Positions 26,189 to 36,100 of a DNA stretch of 64,000 nt are shown piece after piece. Both the position numbers and the translations under genes were made by a program. The DNA is from Zancudomyces culisetae HAW-14-8 (Eukaryota; Fungi; Kickxellomycota), in the NCBI GenBank assembly GCA_052426225.1, contig JBNJNM010000006.1, positions 2,418,001 through 2,482,000 on the forward strand, written 5' to 3'. Positions within the stretch are counted from its first letter, which is position 1. Each line of letters begins with the position of its first letter. Under the pieces are notes generated by a model. It searched no databases, was not told the DNA's origin, and was given only the letters and a program-made list of their open reading frames with translations.

Positions 26189-26393
26189 AGTTCATGTTGG
26201 AAAAGTTGGCTGAAGCGAAATATACCAATGCTTTTTCATCCACCGTTTCGGGTTGACAAGTATCTGTCGTTAAAAGCTTATATCTCCGAACAGACTCTTC
26301 AGAATATATATTGTTAGGATCGCCGAATAAACTCTCTAGGTATTTATATGCATCTACCGGTTCACCCTCAATAAAAAATGGCGTTAGAGCATG
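26172..26393 (-). pseudogene. Start-less 73-codon coding-like frame overlapping the start of the 305-aa ORF
   Basis: Stop-free frame HALTPFFIEGEPVDAYKYLESLFGDPNNIYSEESVRRYKLLTTDTCQPETVDEKALVYFASANFSNMNYGLYK*, preceded by TAA TAG, with no usable ATG. Confidence 0.35.
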
Positions 26394-26870
26394 CTATTAA
26401 TATATTCATCATTATTTATCCGTTTTTGGTGTTACGTTAAATTCAGCAATTCACTCGTCAATTCTCTTGTGTATAAATAATATGAACTCCAAATTCTCTA
26501 TGAATAGTTCTTTATATTGATTAATTCGTACAATCATTTTTAATTCATTTATTGATTTCCCAAGTTGCTTTACTTTATATACTAAACTTATTAAATTAAT
26601 GTGATTCAAGTTAAAATTTCAAAATCCCCTAGATAATATTCCAAATATTTCCATTATTCTTTTTTTATTTTTCCGACTGGATGTGAAAACAAGGCAAAAA
26701 TAAATGAAGCAATATTCAGTATTATTATTATTATTATTGTTTTTTTTTTTTACTGAGAATAAATATCATAAGCGAATTTCAATATTTTTATAGCAAATAT
26801 ACATATTATAAATACAAATATAAATATAAATATAAACATATAAAAAAGTATTCACAAAAGTTAATATTAT

Positions 26871-29800
26871 ATGGATACAAGGACGAGTATAGAACCATCA
26901 ATTTGCAATGGCACCGAATTTGTGGTAACCACCACGAGTCCCAAAATCCTGGTGCTTTCAACCCCTGCAGCCGACCAGCTAGCCAACCAAAACGGTCTGG
27001 CCACATTTTGCGATTTTATAAAACCCTTTGGTCATAATGTGGTGGTGAATTACCGTGTTAACGATGGTGAAGGGAATATGTTTAATCTTGAAGAAATTAC
27101 AGTTCGGTTTTATCAAGAAAAGGATGAATTGGCTGCAACACCATCAATGGCAGAACTAACTTCAGCAACACCAGCAATTACACCAGTAACACCAGCAGTT
27201 GGTGCTAGTAGTCGACGACACCATCCAATCAAGCCAAACGACAAGACAATTTCCAGGTGGATTGGTTTAACAAAAGAGCAAGTACTTACTCTAGAAACTC
27301 AAGATGACGGCAAGAAAAGCCGGTATCGTCATAGCCAAGAAGGTGGGATAACCATCGATACGATATGGTATGAAAAATTCAAACATAATTGGGTAGCTTC
27401 AGTCGGCCAATGCGCTCAAGAATCCTTTGCACACCCTATAGTTGCATTATTTATACTTGATATTAGTGAGAAAAACCTCAATGAAAAAATAAAACAATTA
27501 TACAAGCGACCTGCTCTTGATCGTGCGAGGAAGAGTATATTTAATGGAGCTGAAATACTGTTTTTTTACTTGTTTGTCTCTGACCAAACCAAACGAAAAA
27601 CCAATACTGCCGATAAGAATGCTGTCACTGTTGCTAATGCTGCTGCTATTGATTCTGTTGGTGATGGTAATGAAAACAAGGATATCAATGTTGAAGAGAT
27701 CAATAACCGATTTAATGAACTTAGAAAGTCACTTGGGATGAATACAGCTTTACTTCGGTTGAGGAATGCCTCGTCGTTTGATAATTCGCATACTGCGCAA
27801 CGACGGAAAGCCGAAATTTGGGCTAAATATCGTGAACGACCCAGCCACGCATTTCTCGACGAAAATCAAGAGCAAGAACAACAACAAGAGCAAGAGCAAG
27901 AGAATGAGCAAAACCAGCCAAGTGCACAAGAGTATGGGGGTAATATTGACATAGAAACTGTAGAGTCGCTTAGACGAGCGGTTCGTCAAGTAGTGGTACA
28001 GGGACTAATTGGGCACTTGCAAAGACAGTTGTTTGTATTGGCTGAACAGACAAACAGCGCTCGTAATGGTTTGGCAGGGCGGCTTTTATCGGTTGGAATG
28101 AAGTATTTCGGGGGTGGAGGAGGCGGCGGCGGTGGTGGGGGATCCAAGAGCAAGATGAAGGCGACAGATGATTATGGCGAGGTGTATTATCAAAAGACTA
28201 GTGTTGAACATAAACTGCGCAAGATGGGAGATATATTGTTTATGCTACGGGGTTACAAACAAGCGCAAAATATATATGCGGTAGCGAGTCGTGAGTACTG
28301 GGCGGATAAAAGCATCAAATGTTATGCGGGTGCACAGGAAATGATTGGGCTATGCAAGATTTTGGCTAGTCGGATGGTAGGCGCAGCTATTGAAGGTACT
28401 GAAAAGAATGGATTGGTAGCAATTGACAACTATCGAAAGAGTGTGTGGCAATCTGAGGTGTATACAATCCGAACTGCGATATTATATCATGAACTATATA
28501 CAGATGCTGGTAACCACACGATGGCAGCAGCAATTCTGGAGCGAGTCGCGCAAACCACCAATAGTACAATCAACGGAGTATTGCTAGAGCAAGTTAGCAC
28601 GGCATGTATGCGGGCTGGACGGCGGCGGAAAGCCCTGTTGTACAAGCAATTGGCGGGGGAGCAGTTTGATGTAGGAGAGGAGTACGGTCATAGTTACCGG
28701 TGTTTTGTGCAGCTTCAAGGGTGCGACCGGTTCTTTGAAGGGTGGAGTAATGCTCGGGCATTTAGAAATGGGAGTATGGGTCGGTTGGCGATTAGATTGG
28801 GCAAGATAGAACGTGGGTTGGAGTATTATATACATTTGCTTAACCATTTGACACTTAATACGGAAATGCAGAGCCAGTACCTTAAAGAAACATTACAGTT
28901 ATATCAACGGTTTGGAACTAATAATAGTAGTAGTGATAGTAATGATTTTGGTGGTGGTGGCAGTGGTGAGAGGTCTTTAAAGACTGTATTGAATGTTCCA
29001 GAGATTTTGGTGGATTCATTACGACTGGTAGTTTCTGGGGATATTGTAGAAGGAACAGATATGCTGATGGATTGGGGTAGTGGCGGGGGGAAAGCACCAG
29101 TAGGCAAGGAGGACAGTAAACGGGTAACGTGTTCGGGAGGAGAGACAGTAACAGCACTGATTCTTGTGAATAACCAACTAAAAGTACCCATTAGTTTACA
29201 CAACATTACGTTGAAATACCGACTTTATGATAAAGAAGGGAACGAAATTGAGCTAGTAAATGAAAATGAAAATGAAAAGGATTTGATTGAGAGTGGTGAA
29301 ATTGAATCACAAGTTTTAGAACCTTTAGCTACATCAATGATAACAATTGCGGTACGTATAAAGCCAGGATTTGTTGGAGAGGTCAAGTTAGTTGGATTGG
29401 AATACAAATTGTGTGATGTAATAAGAGCCGAAAAATCACTATTGTTAATTCAATCACAGAATAATTACCATGAAGCTAAACAAAACATTTCAGCAAACAA
29501 CAAAAAGGACAAGAGTGCTAGTGAAATGTATCCGAGTATTTTGGTCAAAGAAAACTTGCCATTTTTGGGGATTCAAATTGATGATTTTCCTGATGTGTTA
29601 TTGCATGGACAAGTTAGACCGTTTAGTATTAAAATTAGAAATCTGGCTATTGATACAGCACAACCAAATCTTGCAGATACCGAGTCTCCCTTAAGTGTGG
29701 GTAAATTGTGTGTATGGACATCACATCCCACATTTTTATGGTTTAATGGTAATGATGATGATGTTAGTAGTGGTAAAGAAGGGAAAGAAGAAAAAGAAGA

Positions 29801-31280
29801 AAAAGAAGGGAAAGGTGTTAGTTTTGGAGGAAAACAGATTGTGTTGGAAAACAATGTACCCAATCATTTTGCACACTACTGTAGCGAGACTAGACCATTG
29901 AACCTAGTTGACTTGATATCTAGGAATAAAGGGAAATCATGTGGACTTGGACCAGGAGGAACATTGGAAATTTGTGGGAAATTTGTGGCACAACAAGTGG
30001 GAACATTTGTAATTGAAATGTATTTTGGGTATTTATCAACAGCCCAACTTTTAAATATGGAGAAAGGAGATGAAAATGAAAATGAAAATGGAAAAGAAAA
30101 AGGAAAAGGAAAAGGAAAGAGGGAAAGAATGTGGTGGGTGGAAGAGAAAAGTAATATTATGAGGACATTTAAATACGAGAGTTTGCCTATAGAAATTATT
30201 CCATCGATCCAAGTAGGAGTTGAACTGATGAATGAGGGGCGAATACTAAATGTAAAGCTGGAAAATCTCATAGTACAGGTAGATGGATTGGATAAAGAAA
30301 GTAACAGACAGAATGGGAGAATTAGGATAGAAGAGTTGGGAATAGTTAGGTTGTTACCATCATCATCATCATCTGTTACTGGTACTGGTACTGGTACTGC
30401 TGAAGATGGGAATGGGAATGAGAGTTTGGATATAAAATCAATCAACTATTTTGATTATCCAGAACCAAACAATTCTAGGAAATCGATGGATGAGAGAAGA
30501 AAGGGGATTTGTATAGATTCGGGGCAAAAAGTGGATTTATATTACAAACTTGACAAAAAGAAGAAAACGAATAATAGTAGTGGAGAGTTACAAGGGGATC
30601 AAACTGATGAATTTACTATTAGTAGAATGAAGGAGTATATAAGAGATTTGGTAAGAACACCATCAAAGAAAATGACAAGAAGTAAATCATTTAATCACAG
30701 TCATCACCATCGTCAAAGTAAAGGTGAATCTGGTAACAGTGGTGGTAGTGGTAGTAGTAGTAGTAGTAGAGGTAATATACATCCTCATATTACTTTGGAA
30801 ACCAACAAGTTTATATTCAAAAATGCAGAAAATGAAAAAAACAAAGAGATTGTAAATACAAATAATGCAAAAGTTTCCAGTCGAATTGAAATGATAAAAA
30901 GCAAATTCCATATGCTTGGAGAAACGGCAACGGAAATATTTGGGGTCTTTGATACATTACATGTAGATATATTCGTTAAATACAGCACTGACAATGATGA
31001 TGATGTTGATGTTGATGGTGGTGGTGGTGGTGGTGGTGGTGGTGGGCGTTGGGGAGTAATTGGTGTTTATAATGTACCAGTTGGAAGTTTCAAGTCTATA
31101 TTTGGAGATAAAATCAATATTGGATATGAATATGGTTATGACAATATAAAAACAAATGGTAGCAACAGCACTGGTGGTAGTGGAGGTGGGATGATGTTTG
31201 GTGATAATATTGTTTACAACAAGTTGATTGAACGGCAATTAGATACTCTTAATAGACTAGAACGGATTATGTTACAGTAA
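26871..31280 (+). CDS. TRS85: TRAPP III subunit Trs85/TRAPPC8
   Basis: N-terminal F.DFIKPFG, ESFAHPI, EHKLRKMGDILFMLRGY, DKSIKCYAGAQEM, RRRKALLY, and Ig-like GETV..LVNNQLKVPISL. Confidence 0.9.
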   Translation: MDTRTSIEPSICNGTEFVVTTTSPKILVLSTPAADQLANQNGLATFCDFIKPFGHNVVVNYRVNDGEGNMFNLEEITVRFYQEKDELAATPSMAELTSATPAITPVTPAVGASSRRHHPIKPNDKTISRWIGLTKEQVLTLETQDDGKKSRYRHSQEGGITIDTIWYEKFKHNWVASVGQCAQESFAHPIVALFILDISEKNLNEKIKQLYKRPALDRARKSIFNGAEILFFYLFVSDQTKRKTNTADKNAVTVANAAAIDSVGDGNENKDINVEEINNRFNELRKSLGMNTALLRLRNASSFDNSHTAQRRKAEIWAKYRERPSHAFLDENQEQEQQQEQEQENEQNQPSAQEYGGNIDIETVESLRRAVRQVVVQGLIGHLQRQLFVLAEQTNSARNGLAGRLLSVGMKYFGGGGGGGGGGGSKSKMKATDDYGEVYYQKTSVEHKLRKMGDILFMLRGYKQAQNIYAVASREYWADKSIKCYAGAQEMIGLCKILASRMVGAAIEGTEKNGLVAIDNYRKSVWQSEVYTIRTAILYHELYTDAGNHTMAAAILERVAQTTNSTINGVLLEQVSTACMRAGRRRKALLYKQLAGEQFDVGEEYGHSYRCFVQLQGCDRFFEGWSNARAFRNGSMGRLAIRLGKIERGLEYYIHLLNHLTLNTEMQSQYLKETLQLYQRFGTNNSSSDSNDFGGGGSGERSLKTVLNVPEILVDSLRLVVSGDIVEGTDMLMDWGSGGGKAPVGKEDSKRVTCSGGETVTALILVNNQLKVPISLHNITLKYRLYDKEGNEIELVNENENEKDLIESGEIESQVLEPLATSMITIAVRIKPGFVGEVKLVGLEYKLCDVIRAEKSLLLIQSQNNYHEAKQNISANNKKDKSASEMYPSILVKENLPFLGIQIDDFPDVLLHGQVRPFSIKIRNLAIDTAQPNLADTESPLSVGKLCVWTSHPTFLWFNGNDDDVSSGKEGKEEKEEKEGKGVSFGGKQIVLENNVPNHFAHYCSETRPLNLVDLISRNKGKSCGLGPGGTLEICGKFVAQQVGTFVIEMYFGYLSTAQLLNMEKGDENENENGKEKGKGKGKRERMWWVEEKSNIMRTFKYESLPIEIIPSIQVGVELMNEGRILNVKLENLIVQVDGLDKESNRQNGRIRIEELGIVRLLPSSSSSVTGTGTGTAEDGNGNESLDIKSINYFDYPEPNNSRKSMDERRKGICIDSGQKVDLYYKLDKKKKTNNSSGELQGDQTDEFTISRMKEYIRDLVRTPSKKMTRSKSFNHSHHHRQSKGESGNSGGSGSSSSSRGNIHPHITLETNKFIFKNAENEKNKEIVNTNNAKVSSRIEMIKSKFHMLGETATEIFGVFDTLHVDIFVKYSTDNDDDVDVDGGGGGGGGGGRWGVIGVYNVPVGSFKSIFGDKINIGYEYGYDNIKTNGSNSTGGSGGGMMFGDNIVYNKLIERQLDTLNRLERIMLQ

Positions 31281-32880
31281 TAAAGGGTTCAATAAGAGCA
31301 TCAAAATCCAACCACACCAAATCAACACTAGGTGTAATTGTTAGTTTTCTTTTTCTACTATTTGTTGTATCAATGTTGTTATGATCATTTGGCGAATAAA
31401 CTTGAACAGTATGTGAATTCGGATCCACATTGTTTAGTACCATGTCGTGATACTTTACCAGTGATATATTTGCATCGTCTTGTACGTTGGTTTCAAGTAG
31501 ACTGTAATCGAGCTTTGCACCAATTTTATCTACCAGTTGAGAAATACTGGTAATTTCAATTGGTTTTACAATACTATTTCCATTGTCATTTCCTCTACCA
31601 CTACTACTACTACTAGTACTACTAGTATTACTGGTATTACCAGTAGTGATAGTAGTATTAGAACTATAAGTATTAGTAGTAGTAGTAGTAACAGTATTTT
31701 GAATATTAATTTGTTGGATTTCATCTTGTTGAACCTTGTCCTTGGTTTTCTTTTTATTGCTACCAGTACTTCTATTTTTGTTACTATTACTACTATTATT
31801 ATTATTGTTGTTATTATTATTGTTGTTGTTGGTAGAGGATTTGGATGGTGTTGAAGGAAAATATTCAAAAGATGTAAATTTGACATTTGACTGGACTGCT
31901 GGCACCATTTCCTCCTCCTCCTCCTCCTCTTCAACTTCAATCTCAACTTCTTCTTCTTCCTCGACTTCCCCTTCCTCGACTTCTACTTCCTCAACTTCTA
32001 CTTCCTCAACTTTTCGTTCTTTTACATTTATTAAATCTACATTTACAAGATTACCGTCAAATTCGCTACTTGTTGATTCTATAACTACAACCTGTTCTAA
32101 AGGTTGAGAATAATATTGGGCTTGATCTTGGTACTGATACTCGTCAATGCCTTTTTGAATATCCGTGTTAGTATTAAGAGGTATTGTTGCTGATTGTTCA
32201 ATCTGTGAATCGTTTGGATTATTGACTGCTGTAACAGTTCTCTGGATTGTATGTACCAAGATTGGGATCTCTGAATGAGTATCCTCAATTAAATGTTCTT
32301 TTTTTTGTTTTTTTACCTTTCTACTATCCTTTTCGTTTTCTATTTTATTTTGTTCTCGTTCTTGTTCTTGTACTTGCTCTTTTTCTTGTACTTGTACTTG
32401 ATGGTGGGATTGTTGTTTTTCAATGGAATGTCTGAGCCGTTGTCGTTTCTTTCGTAGATTTCTAGCCTGGGTTTTCGTCATCCCACCACCACCACCATCA
32501 CTACCACCACTACCACTACCACCTCCTCCACCATTTTGTAGTTGTTGTTGTTGTTGTGATTGTTGTGATTGTTCGCTTGTAATAGTGATACCATGCGCAT
32601 TTCCTCCAATACACCTAGTATTGTATTCGTGAGCTTTTGCTTTTTCAGATAGTTGGATATACAACGTTTCGGTATCTCGCAACACATGGCGTACGCAAAG
32701 TTGTGGTGGTATTTCGTATCCATCCAATAGTAGCTGTATAGCGGATATGGGTTGTTTGACAAGTTTGGAGATTTCGCTGGTTAATTGAGCTATTGTCGGT
32801 GTATGTTTTGTATCCACTATATGCCATATTTTCCTTGTACCATTGTTGATGTTGATGTTCAGTTTTATCCTAATCTTCAT
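31267..32880 (-). CDS. Coilin (Cajal body scaffold; Mug174-like)
   Basis: Ubiquitin-like N-terminus MKIRIK..W....TIAQL..I....LLLDGYEIPP....LRD; basic KTQARNLRKKR; Tudor-like C-terminus KIGAKLDYSLLE...LDFDALIEP. Confidence 0.75.
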   Translation of the reverse strand: MKIRIKLNININNGTRKIWHIVDTKHTPTIAQLTSEISKLVKQPISAIQLLLDGYEIPPQLCVRHVLRDTETLYIQLSEKAKAHEYNTRCIGGNAHGITITSEQSQQSQQQQQLQNGGGGGSGSGGSDGGGGGMTKTQARNLRKKRQRLRHSIEKQQSHHQVQVQEKEQVQEQEREQNKIENEKDSRKVKKQKKEHLIEDTHSEIPILVHTIQRTVTAVNNPNDSQIEQSATIPLNTNTDIQKGIDEYQYQDQAQYYSQPLEQVVVIESTSSEFDGNLVNVDLINVKERKVEEVEVEEVEVEEGEVEEEEEVEIEVEEEEEEEEMVPAVQSNVKFTSFEYFPSTPSKSSTNNNNNNNNNNNNSSNSNKNRSTGSNKKKTKDKVQQDEIQQINIQNTVTTTTTNTYSSNTTITTGNTSNTSSTSSSSSGRGNDNGNSIVKPIEITSISQLVDKIGAKLDYSLLETNVQDDANISLVKYHDMVLNNVDPNSHTVQVYSPNDHNNIDTTNSRKRKLTITPSVDLVWLDFDALIEPFITVT

Positions 32881-33164
32881 TTTTTTTTATTATTATTATC
32901 TTTACTCGTTGTTTTTTAAAAAAAAAAAATTTTTTTGTTAAAGTTTCAATCTAGAACGATTTATAAAATAAATTATTTTTTTATTTTATATATCATTTTG
33001 ATTTTAGGTTTTGTTTGTTTTTTTTGTCTTTTTTTCCTTTCAAAATAAATACTTGATGGTTTATTAATTAATTAATTAATTGACTTTTGAAATATAAAGA
33101 TAAATTACATTTTATAAAATTAAATAAATAAAAGAATAAAAAAAGGGAAATTTTTTGGCTATTT

Positions 33165-36100
33165 TCATATATCAACCAAACTGTTATCCACAACCTCATC
33201 AGTATTAGAATTCAAGATTGGTGCCTCAGTAACGGGTTCTTGGGCAATTTCAGTAGTGGTAGTAGTAGTGGTAGTGGTAGTGGTAGTGGCATTTTCTGTA
33301 GGCGTTTGAGTAGCATTATCATCAGAACTAGCTTTGTCAATTGATCCAGGTTGTAGTTTTGTTGAGGTTAAAGAATCAACTAGTTGTTCTGTTTGCATAT
33401 CTGCTGGAGTTTCTGTTGTCGTTGCTGGAGTTTCTGTCTCAGTTTCTGCTTCTGCTTCAGTTACAGTTTCAGTTACAGTTTCAGTTACAGCTGGAGTTTC
33501 TGTTACTTGTACTTGTTCTACTTGGCTGTCAGTAGTATTATTTTCAACAACAATATTAGAATTATTTTGTAAAAGAGAGAGATTCTGATTATGATAGTGA
33601 ACCTTTCTATTGAAATCAAACTTTTCCTTCAACAAATCAGCACGCATTCGAGCAAGCTCACTACGCTCAAGCTCAATAACCTGCTGCATTTCCTCAACCG
33701 CCTTCACCTTCAACTCTAGCTTTTCCAATTGCAACTGTACAGCCATATACACTTTACTCTGCATAGACCGCTCATCATTCTCTGCAAGTTTCTTGGCCTT
33801 TACAGCAGCTGCACTTATGGCTATGGCTGCTGCCTTTTGCGTCTCAATATCTGTCCTTTCTACACTGTTCTCCATTCCATTAGTCTCATCTGCAGCTGTT
33901 GTTGTTGTTGTGGTGGTGGTGGTGGTGGTGGTGGTGGTTAGTACACGTAATGCCTCTTTGGCAGCTGCTGAAGCTACTTCGGGACTGATATTCGATGCCA
34001 AAAATGCCACTACAGACATCACTGGGTTGTCAGCCTTGGAGAATGGAACATAATCGTCATCTTGATCTGACTTGATTTTCTTGAGCGTATGCAAAGGATC
34101 AGATCCATTAGTAATAGAACCATCAATTTCTTGATGATTTCGTTTATTTGTTGATTTTTGCTCTTGTACTTGTGTTTGTTCTTGTTCTTTTTCTTGTTCT
34201 TGTTCTTTTTCTTGTTCTTGTTCTTGTGTTGGATCGTTGATGGGCAATTGAAGGAAATGCAAAACACACTGTTCACGTGACCGAGTGCCAACATGTTCAC
34301 TGATTTTGGTCCAATCATCATCATACATTTCCAGAGCTTCCAACAACAGCAAAGTTTCCTGGTCAGACCACACATCTTTATTATCAGAAGTGTCTGGTCT
34401 GGCCAATTTGACAAAGTCGGAACTAACAAAATTGCTGGGGAAACGACCATCAAGGAAACAAGCTGGACACAGATCGATTCGGTGGCGGACAGGACGGATG
34501 CAGTGGTAGTTGAGATCTGAACAGTCATTTTGGCAGGTGAAGCATGCGACCTGGTCAGATTTAGTGGAATTAGCAGCAGTAGAAGTATATATATTTTGTG
34601 AAGAAGGAGTGGTTGTGGTTGTAGTAGTTTTAGTTGTAGCTGTAGCTGTAGTCTTTGGTACATTTGAAGTCAAAGAAGTAACAGTAGCAGCTTTAATAGG
34701 AACGGCAGGGAAAAAAGGAACAAGACCACGAGGAGTATCTGCAGTGATTCGGAAATGACCAGTAAAAGGAGGTGAAACCAAGCTGGGTCTAGTCTCAGGA
34801 TCAACTTGATAGTTTATCAAACCCCACTGTTCCAAGAATGCATGTACTCGCATAATGCTGCATACATCTCCTGCCAAGTTGCGTCGACATGCTGTAACTG
34901 TTAGGTATTCCAATGGACACAGCCGATATGTGTTGATCATAAAGTTACGGTATTCCATATATACTGTTGGTGTCTTGGACCGGTTGACGTTGTTGAAAAA
35001 CTCGGGGTTGGACCGTGTTTCGATTTCATGGATCTTGTCCAATGAAAACCACGCTGCATAGCTTGGAATTATCACCTCGTACTTTTGCTCTACCAATACT
35101 TGTTCGCTTTTACTTTTTTCCTTTTCTTTTTCTTTTTCCTTTTCCTTTTCCTTCTCTTTTTCCTTTTCCTTCTCTTTTTCCTTTTCCTTTTGCTTCTCTT
35201 GTTCTTGCTCTTGTTCTTTTTCTTGATTTGTATTTTCAATACCTTGCATTTTCTCTTCTTCTACTACTTTTTCCTCTTTTTCCTCCTCAACACCCTCCAT
35301 CTTTTCTTCATCTTCTTTTATTTCCTCTATTTCAATTTTTTCTTCTTGCTCCTCCTCATCCTCGTCTTTATCCTTTTCCTTTTCCTTTTCCTTTTCCTTT
35401 TCCTTTTCCTTTTCCTTTTCCTTTTCCTTTTCTTGAGTTTCTTGCTCACTAGTATTACTCAAATGTCCCAACTCTGGATTGCTAATAGGTTCAAATTCTC
35501 CTCGTTTTTTACTTCCAACCCTATAAAAATTACTCTCACTCTCCAACTCTATTTTTCTCATTCCAGCTTGCTCACCAACTTTCTCCTCGTTTTCTCTTTC
35601 TCTTTCTCTTTCTTGTTCTTGTTCACTTTCTTGTTCTTTTTCTTGTTCTTCTTCCATTCTCTCTTCCCCTTCTTCCCTCTCTTCTTCTTTTTCTATTACC
35701 TCTTTTTTGTTGGTTTCATTTTCTTCCTCAACCTCTTCAACTACTCCCTCAACCATACCATCTTCTTCCATTGCATCACTAACCTCCTCAACTCTTATCT
35801 CTACCCATTCCTCTTCATCTTTTTTCCCCTCTTGTTCTTGTTCTTGTTCTTCTTTTCCTTCCTCCTCTTGTTGTTCTTTCATTTCCACCTCCTGAATTTG
35901 CTCCTCTTGTTCTTCCATTTCGTTTCCTTTTTCATTATCAACTCCTTCCTCAACTTTCATTCCCTCCTCCTCCTCCTCCTCCTCCTCCTCCTCCTCTTCC
36001 CCCTTCCCTTGCTCTTCTTCCTCTGCTTCCTCTGCTTCTTCAACTTGTCCTTCAACAACTTTTCCTTCTCCAACATTTACTTCCTCATTCCCTACTTCCA

